Source of the DNA: Dictyostelium discoideum | Taxonomy: Eukaryota | Reading direction: 5' to 3' | Assembly (NCBI GenBank): GCA_000004695.1 | Contig: CM000150.2 | Location: forward strand, 800,001 to 864,000 | DNA: 64,000 bases | Part shown: positions 47,601 to 60,670 of the stretch, in pieces | Numbering within the stretch: position 1 is the first letter of the stretch | How the letters are laid out: every line of letters starts with the position of its first letter | The notes under the pieces: generated by a model | Databases searched by the model: none | Told to the model about the DNA's origin: nothing | What the model saw: only the letters and a program-made list of their open reading frames with translations | Program-made: the position numbers and the translations under genes

Positions 47601-48447
47601 TATTGGCAAGAAATATTCAGATCTACTTCTTACTTCGCACCAACAATCAATACAACTATTATGGAAATACACATACGACCAACTTTTCGTCAAAATTCAA
47701 AAATTAAAAGATCCAAAAGGCCGAGATACAATGCAAAGATTCCATGCTAGATGTCTTCCGATTAATCATCTACACAACAAAGTTTGCCCCATTTTCAACA
47801 ATGAAATGAATAATGATCCCTATGGTCATTTGTTTTTCAATTGTCAGCACACAATCAACTTCATTAACCACGACAAATTAAAATATTTTATATATAAAAA
47901 TTGCAATGGAAACAAAAACTGGTCACTAACAAAAAACCAAACAACAAAATTATACACACTCATCTATAAACCACAAACAAACAACAAAGCATTTAAACCA
48001 GATCCAACTATCAATATTAATTTTCATTTTGCAGAAAACGCACAATATAAAAAATACAGGTTCAACTGGAATTATATAAACACAAATCTTGATCTAGTCA
48101 GAACACATGCATATTGGAACATAATCTCATTAGTTATTCACCAAATATGGATATGGTTATGCAAATCAATATTTGACATCAATATAACTCAATCAATTGA
48201 TAATTGGAACAACCAAATAAACAACACAACACTAGATTATGATATATTAAAATCAAAATGGCACAAGCTAATAAGATTGGAATATTCAAGAACTTTATCA
48301 AACTTTAACCAATACTCAATTAAAAACAACCTCATAAAAACTCAAAAAGAAACCCAATGGTCCGAAACCATCAAAAAATTTAAAAAAGAATGGAGCATAA
48401 ACACTAATGAACCAATTCCAACAATTACACCACCAATTAATTATTAA
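44620..48447 (+). CDS. TRE3 #2 ORF2 (endonuclease plus reverse transcriptase)
   Basis: The endonuclease reads FITWNCRGF..ILTELN..AGDFNCIH..SDHNPI. The reverse-transcriptase blocks are PGPDGVTNAFY, TLLNTDYKILSKVINARL, FFKAFDSISHDSI and QFADDSTTY. A C-terminal HLFFNCQH Cys/His motif is present. Confidence 0.85.
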   Translation: MSSKINFITWNCRGFTENPNNQHNSYQKAVDTLQLLISKLPPRPTISILTELNSSPLQLKHDFPDHIISVTKRGNGVIIINHNPNTLKLKHISTIDGRAILADVIFPNQLPIGILGIYAPASNNTIKKNSYATSLQTLLHNHSTNPIPNQSQHVSIIAGDFNCIHNDNSLLDDIIQSYTYQHHLIDQGEFKNTPTHTHGNRLDRIYTQYNRIDPENIYTQVHQIPSSLSDHNPISTTISSPFQINKHKKRWILSPGTANDHEAINIINHLITNHNNTSINQFTNWSKVKSKIIKTLKNYQYNKDKQTQRAKQILLEKAAKFKHLEEQCIAEYNIICNKNKLHQNHTNILKKHINGEIPSKYLSAILNKRSKDAKIESIQYGNIITSDPDQIENAFVEFYTNLYSLQICCPITHQLMLNTWPIIKNEYWNGLDSPFIQDEVEAAIKTCNPNKSPGPDGVTNAFYINHLNQVKPILTTLFNDILENPHHITTEFTEGLIHTIYKKGNPLLISNRRPITLLNTDYKILSKVINARLLRILPFIINNNQTGFVPHRFIIDNIININELINYLKSKNLPGIITLFDFFKAFDSISHDSIKRTLIHIGIPIKLINLIHKLLSDSQAKISINGKTTRKFDIKRGVKQGDPISATLFVIVIEILARTINADNSIIGLPISPNPQIKIKFTQFADDSTTYNINYEQQQQSIKHFDNFCASTSSSLNFDKSAIIEINPHKITDKHIINNIPQSKRIPITKKDQSERVLGYFFNHNGLHRKLPETMKTLIKSLVLWKTSGTTLKTKTTIINTYSLSPITYLSYLEEFTKDEEIQINKLISWFMNSPANSESPTLDTNSIEKNTSTIHSRAKIPLMCYDRSLKPLKEGGWGMWNIQLRQVAQKIWIYNRFLQMHKSANNSIYMISWMDQIINKSISSPYLIKIKKEWENYATQIGHLKDKVQILQPILTKNQPSQTLNTNNISLPPTLKEIYSTILNNHQCKSKDYIGKKYSDLLLTSHQQSIQLLWKYTYDQLFVKIQKLKDPKGRDTMQRFHARCLPINHLHNKVCPIFNNEMNNDPYGHLFFNCQHTINFINHDKLKYFIYKNCNGNKNWSLTKNQTTKLYTLIYKPQTNNKAFKPDPTININFHFAENAQYKKYRFNWNYINTNLDLVRTHAYWNIISLVIHQIWIWLCKSIFDINITQSIDNWNNQINNTTLDYDILKSKWHKLIRLEYSRTLSNFNQYSIKNNLIKTQKETQWSETIKKFKKEWSINTNEPIPTITPPINY

Positions 48448-48620
48448 TTACCTAATCTAAAATAACATACTATTTTAAATTCACAAAAACTAAAAAACCT
48501 AAAATAAATAAATAAAAATAACATACTAATTGTATACTACAATAGTTTATTTATATCAAAAAAAAAAAAACGAATCTTCAATTAAGTTCATTAATTATAT
48601 CAAAAAAAAAAAAAAAAAGT

Positions 48621-49330
48621 TCACATTAAAATGGTATCTCAATAAAGCTATGACAACGACCTTTCTATACATTTTTTTCATATAAAAATATAAAAGCATT
48701 GATATTACACCAGATATGGATATGGATTTGTAAACAAATATACAGCCAAGGTAACTTTGGATCCATAAATAATTAAAAACTTTAAACAATCGTCATCAAA
48801 TTTGTAACAAACGCTAATATATCAAAAAAATTAAAAAAATTAATGATCAAAGACTATTGTATACCAAACATAGCCCTACCAAATTGATTAATTGTGGATT
48901 AATATATGTGGAATGGTATGAAAATTATGACTTATTCAGAACCTTCTCATGGAAACATAATGGCATTATTAATTCATAACATCTGGGAATGGATCTGCCA
49001 TCAATTGAATAGTGACGAATCCTTTATAGGTGAAAAAATCTCATTTTCAACTCTGATGGTATTTTAAAAAAAAAAAAAAAACTATTATTTAATTTTAAAA
49101 TAGTCTTATTTAAAAAAAAAAACAAATCAATTCTCAACCTAAACAAAAAAAAGTTTAAAAAATCAAATTACCAAATACTTTATTCTAAATCTCAGCCTTT
49201 CCTGAGATGAGAGTATTAGTAGGACAATTTAATGTAAAATTTTAATACCTTTAAATCATCAAATTTTAATTTTAATTAAAAAAATATTTTTAAAAAAAAA
49301 AAAAATAGACTTTATTTATACCCCTCTTAT
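48621..49330 (+). mobile_element. Additional TRE3 3'-end fragments following element #2
   Basis: Two ORF2 C-terminal remnants are readable: ..tacaccagatatggatatggatttgtaaacaaatatacag.. (IWIWIC-like) and ..LIHNIWEWICHQLNSDESF... The terminal ..ctcagcctttcctgag.. motif resembles the 41500-41600 terminus. Confidence 0.5.
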
Positions 49331-49531
49331 CTTAAAAACCATAGAAATTTATTAATTAAAAATAAATAATAAAAATAATCTTTTTAATTTTAATTTGAAT
49401 TTTATTTGTGTCTGGTTAGAAAATTAAAAAAAAAAAATAAGCACTTTTAATTTATTTCTGTATTTTTTTTATTTTATTTTATTAAAATACATTATTTTTA
49501 TTATAAATTCTTTTTTTTTTTCATTAAAATC

Positions 49532-51483
<1,952 letters not shown>

Positions 51484-52020
51484 CTTTTCATTGTTAATTT
51501 TTAATTTTATTTTTTTTTTATTTTTTATTTTTTTATTTTTTTATTTTTATTTTTACTTTTATTTTTGGACAAAATTAGATATTTTTTAATTTTTTTTTCA
51601 AGCAAATTTCGCTAAAGAAAAGAAAAAATTTAATTGATTTTTCAAAATAAACTAATTGAAAAAAAAAATGAAAAATTATTACTTATGTCTGTTGAGTACC
51701 ACAAATTTCTTTTTTATTTATTTTTTTTGGACTTAAACAAAATGAAATTAAAAAAAAAATAAATAAAATAAAATAAAAAAAAAAAAAAAAAATTAAATTA
51801 AAAAAATTAAAAAAAATAAAATAAAAAATTAAATAAAAAAAAAATAAAAATTAAATTTATTTTTTAAAAAAATTTTTTTTTTATTTTCTTCACTTTTTTT
51901 GGTGTTCCCTAACAGTGTTGTGAGTTTCTATTTTTAAATTTTTTTTTTTTTTTTTTTTATTTTTATTAATTTTTTTTAAAATTAAAATTATATTTTTATT
52001 TTATTTTATTTTTATTTTAT

Positions 52021-53903
52021 TTAATTTAATTCGTCAATTACAACTTGAGTTGAATCATTTAAAATATCATCAACTAATTGATTATATAATTCATTAATAT
52101 CAATGAAATCACCAATAGCAGAAGGAATTGAAGAGGATAAAGTATTTAAGAGTGGTTTAGTTAATGGATTAATAATTTTACAAAGAGTTGGTTTAACCAT
52201 TTCACGTACAACAAATTTCAATTGCATATTTGTGCCTAAAATGACATCATGTTGATATTTTGAATGAGTTTGATTTTTAGCAGAAGCCACATCTACTTGA
52301 TCTTGAGTAACAGTTTTCTCAAGAGTGTAAGCACCATCATAGGCCATATTATTAATAGATTCTTTAATATCGTAACAGATAAAGTAGGAGGAATAGTCTC
52401 TAAAGATTGGTCTATACTCCTCCACAATACTATACAATGGTGAGATTTTATCTTTGGCAGGGTACATAGTCCAATAGGAGTTTGGATAACTTCTATAGGA
52501 GGAGAAAGACTCGGTTGAGCCATTGCCATTGTATGCATTTGTTTTCTCATTCCAAATTTTGAGAGATTCATCAAACCCATTCTCAATTGGAGTTCTAATT
52601 TCACCAATGATTTTCTTGAGGTGTTTATTAACATGCTCCTCCATTGCTGGCTTAATCTGTGACATCATTGACTCTCTCATCTTGTTGATGATATTGGTTT
52701 GGGCTTGAGCGATTGGGTCTACTTGATTCTTGATTCTTGGCTCAATGGTTGGACGAAGTTCTTCCACGGTTTTACTTAGACCTGTCCAGGCGGGTGCGAC
52801 GGCACTGCTGACCATGCCTTCGATCACTGTCATCATTTTATTTCTAAGATAGTTACGAATGAACCATGGTGCATTTGGAAGTTTAGATAATGCTCTACCC
52901 AAAATATCATACTCAATCTCATCTAAAATTATATCGGAAAGGATTTGATTCTCATTACCACCGTATCCAAACCAACCCCAACGACCTAATGACCAACGTG
53001 TATTACGAACTGCAATACCAAATGCAGCGATATGACATGGATCTTTGTTTTTAAAACCATGGGATCTTCTGCAACATGTTTTGAAAATTTCAATCCATTC
53101 TTTAAACTCTTCTTCATTAGCACATTGAATATAATAACAACGACGTGAATAATGATATAATTCAATTGTAAATGGTGGTAATTGTGCTGGCTTTGGTATT
53201 GAACTTGTATCAACTCCCATCTTTTCTGCTATCTTTAAAATTCTATCTAATCCTGATTTATTTGGATCATCATTTACTGAATAACCACATAAATTAATTG
53301 TACCTTTTTTATTTGTATGCTTTTTTAGGAAAAAAAATAAAAAAATAAAATAAAATAAAAAGTTAATAAATAATTATTTTTCTTATTTTTTTTTTTTATT
53401 TTTTATTTATACATACTTTATCATCAACAAAGTAGTCAATTGAATAGTCATATCTAACTACAAAGTGTCTCTAAAAAATATTTTTTAATTGAAAATAAAA
53501 TTAAAATAAAAAAAATATAATTAATAATAAATTAAAAAGAATAATAATAATAAAATTATATTTTTAATAATACTTACTTTTAACCAATTCTTTCTAATTG
53601 CTCCTAATTTTACCAAATAGCCACTAAAAACATCAGATTTATCATGGTCTCTCTTTAATTTTATAATTAAAAATAAAAAATTAATAAATAATAATCCAAT
53701 CCAATAAAAAAAAATAAAAAAATAAAAAAAAAAAAAAAACTTACTGGTCTTGGTTCTAATAAATATGGAGATGGTATTGCTTTGGCATCTTTGATTGCTT
53801 TCTTGGTTATTTGGATTGTGTATGCTTTAATATATTCTTTTGTAAAAGTTTCCAACATTGCTTTGGTTAACTCAACTATCTCATTTTTAATTTGTGCATC
53901 CAT
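52021..53903 (-). CDS. PH-domain-containing protein (~528 aa), 4 exons: 53745..53903, 53578..53652, 53417..53470, 52021..53319.
   Basis: The spliced product ..SGYLVKLGAIRKNWLK/RHFVVRYDYSIDYFVDDK/HTNKKGTINLCGYSV..FTIELYHYSRRCYYIQCANEEEFKEWIEIFKTC reads as a canonical PH domain. It has the G-x-L-x-K, W-x-RWFVL and YY hallmarks and the terminal W..F helix. Donors are GTAAGT at 53744 and 53577 and GTATGT at 53416. All introns are phase 0. Confidence 0.65.
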
Positions 53904-54977
53904 TTTGGTTTTATATATATATTAATAAATATAGTAAAATAATTTAAATAAAAAAAAAATAAAAAAAAATAACAATGAAATCGGATGAATAAAATAAAAA
54001 GTGATACGGAAAATAAAAAAATAAAAATAAAAAGTGATGAAAAAAAATAAAAAAATAAAAAAAAAAATTGAAACCAATCAGATATTTAGACCAAAATAAA
54101 AAAAAAAAAATGGAAAAAAAAAAAAATAAAAAAAAAAAAAAAAAATAAAAAAAAAAGAAAAAATAAGGAATGGTTGGTGATCGGTTGAATCAAAAATATC
54201 AAAAATATAAAAGTTTTTACGGGCTTTTATTCAAATTTTTTTATTTTTTTATATTTGCGAAAAATAAAAATAAAATAGAAAAAAAAAAAAAAAAAAAACA
54301 AAATGAAGAAAAAAAAAAAAAAAAAAAAATCTAGATTCATTTTTTTTTTTTTTTGTTCTTTGAAAATGAAAATTTGGTGGCACCCCAATAAAAGATATTT
54401 TATTTTTTTTAAAAAAAAGTGAGAAATATAGAAACATTGTATTAACAAGAAAAGAAATCTTTTTTTTATTCTACCAATCCTATTATCTTTATAATTATAA
54501 ACATTTATTAAAACCAAATAAACAAAAGGAAAAAAAAAAAAAAAAAATTTTGCCAAAATTTCTTGATAATTTGATTATTTTTATTTTTTTTTTTTTTTTT
54601 TGACAGTGCCCCAATAAGTTCCCATTATTTTAAACTTTATTAGTGACTCTTTAAAAACAAGGAATCATGAAATTTTTTTTTTTTTTTAAAAAACTATTTT
54701 AATTTTTTATTTTTATTTTATTTTTTTTTTTAAAAAAAGAATTTTAATTAAAATAAAAAATTGGAGCGGATGTTTTTTTTTTTTTTTTTTTTTTTTTTTT
54801 GATTAAATTTCTAAATATGGTGCGGTAATTTTTATTATGGTTTATTAATTTTACAATAAATGCTTTTATAAAGGAGATGGATGGATATAGGGAAGAGTTC
54901 GAAGAGTTTGATTTATTATGTACATATGTTTGATTATTATAATTTTTTATTATTTTTTGTTTTTTTTTTTTTTTTTT

Positions 54978-55903
54978 TTAAAGTTTAACAATTTTATTTG
55001 CTAAAATTTGTGGGTTTGCTTTTGCGATTGTAGTTTTAGCCAACCCTTTATAATCAAAAGTACAATTATGGTTGTGAATATGTTTACCGCAATAGTGTTC
55101 ACCACATCTACATTTATTTGACATTGATTGCATTATACCAATTGGTTTGCCACAACCCATGAATTTACATTTAATATTGGATTTACTTGGTGATGATGAT
55201 AGCGGAGAGGAAGAAAGTGGAGATGTTAATGAAGATGCTTGTTGTTGTTGTGCGGCTGCTGGTTGACTCTCTTCACCTTTTAATATTTTCAATGGTGATG
55301 TTTGTAAGTTTGTACCACCAGTTGTTGTAGTTGAAGTAGAGGAGGAGGAGGGAGTATTTGGTGAGGATAATAAAACTGAAGGTGCTGAAGTGGATTCTAA
55401 ACCTTCCCTAAACATATTATTATTTCTTGAAACTCCATTTATACCACCTAATGAATAATCTAAATAATCTAATGTTCTCTTTTTATTACTTTTTGGTGAT
55501 TCATCTTTATTTATATTATTATTATTATTATTATTATTACAACTATTTTCATTACTAGTATTATTATTATTTATATTATTATTATTATTTATATTATTAT
55601 TATTATTATTATTTATTTGTTGTTGTAATTGTTGTCTTAAAGTCGAGTTTGAATCTTTATTATAACAACTTGAACATAATCCATTTGTTTTTGGATTTCT
55701 AATATTATAAATTTTTTTATATATTAGTTTTTAAATTTTTTATTTATTATTTATTATTTATTATTTTTAAAAATTTATAAGTACCCATAGAAACCACAAT
55801 TTCTTAAACAAAGTTGAGCTTCTTCTTTTTTGTCGTCATTGTTACTATTATTATTATTATTATTATTATTGTTGTTGTTGCTGTTGTTTTTATTATCGGA
55901 CAT
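54978..55903 (-). CDS. A20/AN1-type zinc-finger protein (ZFAND5/6 / stress-associated-protein family), 2 exons: 55785..55903 and 54978..55698.
   Basis: Exon 1 reads ..AQLCLRNCGFYG, and the phase-2 splice into GNPKTNGLCSSCY completes an A20 finger (C-x2-C-x11-C-x2-C). The C-terminal stretch CKFMGCGKPIGIMQSMSNKCRCGEHYCGKHIHNHNCTFDY is an AN1 finger. The GTACTT donor at 55784 is non-canonical and should be checked. Confidence 0.75.
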
Positions 55904-56241
55904 TTTAAAAGTATATTTATTTATTTATTTATTATTAAAAGTATATTATTTTATTTTGTTTTTATATTGTTTTATTTTGTCTATCTTATTTTTATTTTTA
56001 TTTTTATTTTTATTTTTATTTTTATTTTACTTTGTTTATTATTTTTTATTATTTTTTATTATTTTTTATTATTTTTTTTATTATTTTTTTTATTATTTTT
56101 TATAATAATGGGTATGAAAATAATTTTCCTATATTTTAAATATTTGTATTATGTGCAAGTATTTTGACTTTTTCTATGTGTACACTCTAGTTTTTTTTTT
56201 TTTTTTAATTTTTTTTTTTTAAAAAAAGTTTTAAATTTTTA

Positions 56242-56286
<45 letters not shown>

Positions 56287-56971
56287 TAAAAAATAAAATA
56301 AAATAAAAAATAAAAAATAAAAAAATAATTAAAATTTAATTTTCGTTTACCTAGGCGTACTTTTAACAAATAAATTATATGAACCGATTTTATATTATTT
56401 TATTTTATTTTATTTTTTAATTTTTTAATTTTTATTACTATTTAATTTTTTTTAAATTTTTAATTTATTTGTTGTAAAACTGTTTTTTAATCTTTTTTTT
56501 TATTTTTATTAATTTTTTAAAAATAACTTATTATTTAAAATTTATTATTAGTTTAATTTTTAAAATAAATGTTGATTGAATTTATTAATTTTTATTTTTT
56601 TATTTGATTAAAAAAAAAAATAAAAAAATTGTTAAATAAAAAGATTAATCGATTTAGTTTCAAATTAAACGTTGAGCATTACCCATTAATTTTTTTTTAA
56701 ATAAATAATTCACTCCATTTTTACCATTGAGTTTTGTTGTAGTTATTGCGGGTGAATTTATAAACACAAAAAAAAAAAATAATCTTTAACAATCACTTAT
56801 TAATAAAATTCTTAGAAGTGGAGGTTTATTGTTAGATGAAATTAATTTTTTTTTTTTTTTTTTTTAATGGATTTTATAAAATTTGGTGTGAGTGTGTTTT
56901 AATGGTTAATTTTGCCATGATTTAATTAAAATTTAATTGAATATATAAAAGTTGTAGATAGGTGGTTAAAA

Positions 56972-57007
<36 letters not shown>

Positions 57008-57542
57008 CAAAAAATATTATTATTATTATTAATTTAAATTCTTTAGTCTTAATCATATTTTAAATTTTGATTTTATTTTTTTAATTTTTTTTTTTTTTTT
57101 TTTTTTTCATTGCGTAAATGGGAAAATATTTTATTCAAAAGGGATAATAACAATATAATAGTAAATTTATTTATTTTATAATACAAATTATAATTTTTTA
57201 AAAAAAAAAATAGATTTGCTTGCCTTTAAATCATATTATTAGTTGGACCAATAATAATAAATTTCAAAAGCTGATACAAATTTAGTGGTATCTCACACAA
57301 TTTGTCATACAAAATTCTTTTTTTTTGATTTTCAAAATAAAAAAATATAAAGACAATTAAATTAAATTAAAAATAAAACAAAATAAAAAATAAAAAAATT
57401 ATTTTATTAATTTCAAAAAATGGGAAATTAATTTATAAGTTTTTCCCCATTTTTTTTTTTTTTTTTTTTTTAATTTAGAAAATTTTAAAAAAAACTCATT
57501 TAAATTATTTATCCTAAAAACCATCATTTTAAATTATTTTAA

Positions 57543-57573
<31 letters not shown>

Positions 57574-57736
57574 TTAATCGGAGATTGGATTAAATAAAAA
57601 CTTAAATTTTTATGAAAAAATTGCCTCGTCACTAAAAAAAAAATAAAAAAAACAATCAAGTTTTAAATTTTTAAAATTTTTTTTTTTTAGATTTTTATTT
57701 ATTATAATAAATGCTTATTTAAAAAGAGTAAAGAAA

Positions 57737-58035
57737 ATGGGTAAAATATTAGACGTCATTGAAGCTACTTGTTTAATCTTTATACTATATTACTTTAGTG
57801 GCATTAATAGTGAACAGAAGTGTTGGTTTCATTTTTCCTCTTTTGTATTTAAATTGATTATTTCCTGTTTTAGATCAAACGAGGATAGACATGGTTCATT
57901 GTCAAAAAACTTGGCTCATTTTGTCACAACAGTTTGTAAAGCATTCATTCAATATAATGAAAATTCTGAGCTATATACCAAAGACTTATATAATTTGCTC
58001 TCATTTGTTTTAACAACCGCTCAAGATATATTTGT

Positions 58036-58074
<39 letters not shown>

Positions 58075-58090
58075 ATTTACTCTTTTTTAA
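57737..58090 (+). CDS. Small hypothetical ORF (117 aa); weak.
   Basis: An ATG-initiated ORF with two hydrophobic segments, ending in a poly-Lys stretch translated from an A-run. It could be the first exon of a spliced gene or could be spurious. Confidence 0.25.
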
Positions 58091-58289
58091 TATCTTTTTT
58101 TTTTTTTTTTTTTTTTTAAAAGTTTATTTTTGATAAAGAAAAAAAACAACAACTACAACGACAAAAACAAGAAGAACATAATGTATAATTTTAATATAAA
58201 TATGCTGGGAAATTTTAAAAAAAAAATAAAAATAAATAAAAATAAAGATTATAATAAATATTTATTTTTAAAATTAATTAAAAAATTAT

Positions 58290-59778
58290 TTATTCTAAAG
58301 TTATTTCAATGGAATTTAAAACTATATTACTAACATCGAAAATTCTAAAATTTAAAATTTTTTGATGAGGTTTAAAACCTGAATCTTGATCATTTGATGT
58401 TAGTTCTTTTATACCATATGGAAGGTCAACATTGTAGAGCATTTTAAAATTCATAACTTGGAAAGATATTAATTCATTTGAAAGATCTTTTGTATTGACA
58501 ACTTGTACTTTTCCCGATTGATTATCACCAACTTGAACCTTGAAATAAGAATCACCTTGATACATTGCAGAAACATGAATTTTAATTTTATAACCATTGA
58601 TAAATTCATTACCACTTGATTTAATGATATTAAAATTTAAGAAATCATCATTTGATACGAAACTTTCCCAAATTGGATTATAACCTGAAACCGAATCAAT
58701 ATGAATACTACCATGACTTTGATTGAAATAGTGTGGTGATACTTTAAATGTTTTAAAAATATTTTCATTATCATTACAATTAACTATACCATCACCATAA
58801 TCATCATTAACTCTTGAAACTGGATTTGGATATTGAACAAGATCCATTTCATTAATTCTACCATAAATTACTTGACCATTAAATGGTAAATTCATCCAAG
58901 GTATTATTGTGGTTGCCGGTCTAATTAATGATAAACAAAATTTATTACAACAGTTTCCTAAATCTTTATGAAATTTCATAATTCTATTATGTAATTCATT
59001 GGTTAACAATGTTGTTGATTGTTCATTATCTAAACCAATACTAATTAAATCTCTAATTAATGTTGAATAAATTAACATAAAAACTGTTAATAAATTACCA
59101 AATATTGATGAATATACTTTTGAAGAAACAAATTGAATCATTTCTTCTAATAATTCTTTAAATGGATGAAATTGTTCAATCATTGATTTTAATTGTTCAT
59201 CAATTTGAGTTTTATCGTTTTTATTTGAAATTACTTTAAATAAATCATTTAAACTATTACCATGATTTTGAATTTCAATTATTTTATTTCTACACCACTC
59301 TTTTGAATTCTTTTCTTCAAATTTATCATCCCCTAATAAATTTTCAACATCTAAATATAATTTTTCAATTTTATTTATAAATTCTTCTTTTTTAATATAT
59401 TTTTGATTATTTATAAATAATTTATTCCATAATAACTAAAATTAATTAATTTATAAAAAAGAAAAAAAAAAAAATAAAAAAAAAAAAATTATTTATTAGT
59501 TTTTTAAATGTTTTTAGAAAAAATAAATAAATAAATAAAATTACATTAAAACCGAAATTATATGAATTTTGATTATTTTTATTTAATGGATTTATCTTTA
59601 TAATTTGTGTAATTAAATTATCCCATTGGCTAGTTGATAAATTTAAAAGACATTGATTTGGATTCGATTGTTTATAAAGTTTATCTTGTTTAATATCTAA
59701 AGTTTTATTTGGATTATCTATAAAATCTTCAAGATATTTAATATATTCGTCTTGACTAATTGGAGTATTTATTATCAT
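58290..59778 (-). CDS. Hypothetical protein, 2 exons: 59545..59778 and 58290..59435.
   Basis: A GTAATT donor at 59544 and a TTTAG acceptor at 59436 join in phase 0. The product reads ..NQNSYNFGFN/LLWNKLFINNQ.. The 5' exon was extended in frame upstream of the listed ORF 58290..59183. No family was recognised. Confidence 0.45.
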
Positions 59779-60670
59779 TTTTAATGTATATATATAATTT
59801 ATATAAAAATTTGGAAATTATTTAAATGTATAATTTTTTTTCTTTTTTTTTTTTTTTAATAATATTATAAATTAATATTATTATTATTATTTATTTTTTT
59901 TAATTATTTGTTTAATGTTTAATGTTTAATGTTTTTATTATTTTTTTTTTTTCGTATTTATATTAGAAGTATTTGGTAATTTTTTTAAAAAGAAAAATAA
60001 AATAAAAAAAATAAAAAAAAAAAAAATAATAATTAAAAAAATAAAAATATTAATTATTATAAAAATTAATAACTCTTGGAAAAAAAAAGAAAATTGTAAT
60101 ATTTTTTATTATAATTTATTAATAAATTTTGAAATGTGGTTTTTTTTTTATTTTTTTAGTTCAGAATATCAAAATACAAGAGAGTCAGTGGATTTTAATA
60201 ATCATAAATTTCCAGAAGTGAGGAACTGTTTAATTTTATAATAATACTAATTAATTTAATTAATTTTTTTAAATTATTAGAAAAACGTCATGACTTTTGA
60301 ACTAAACATTTTAGGAAATAAACGAAAAAAAAAAAACTAATTTTAACCACACCTAAAAATAAATAAAAATAAAAAAAATAAAAATATAAAATAAAAAAAA
60401 AAAATAAAAATAAAAAAAAAAAAAAAAAAAAAAATGAAAATGAGATAATTATTATAAATAAAATAAAAATTAAAAAAAAAGATTTTAAAAAAACTTTTTT
60501 TGATTATTATAATTTTTATTATTATAATTTTAAATTATTAGATTTTTTTTAATATTAGTTAACTTTTTTTTTTTTATTTTTATTATTAACTAATTTTTAT
60601 TTTTTATTTTTTTATATTGTAATTTTTATTATTTTATTTTTTATTTTTTTATTTTTTTATTTTTTATTTT

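Larger units (their letters stand above)
43330..48620 (+). mobile_element. Full-length TRE3-type retrotransposon #2. It belongs to a different subfamily from #1, since the ORF1s are unrelated in sequence. Two tandem 3' termini sit at ~48563 and ~48616.
   Basis: It starts just after the exB box of tRNA-Pro #2. ORF1 and ORF2 overlap by ATGA. Its 3' UTR carries duplicated ..ttatatcaaaaaaaaaaaaa ends. Confidence 0.8.

Noticed and set aside
55814-56167. Plus-strand ORFs of 117 and 91 aa, poly-Ile/Leu/Phe
   Set aside because: These are translations of A/T-rich simple repeats ((tattattatt)n, (ttttta)n) on the strand opposite the A20/AN1 gene's first exon and its promoter. There is no complexity or coding signature.
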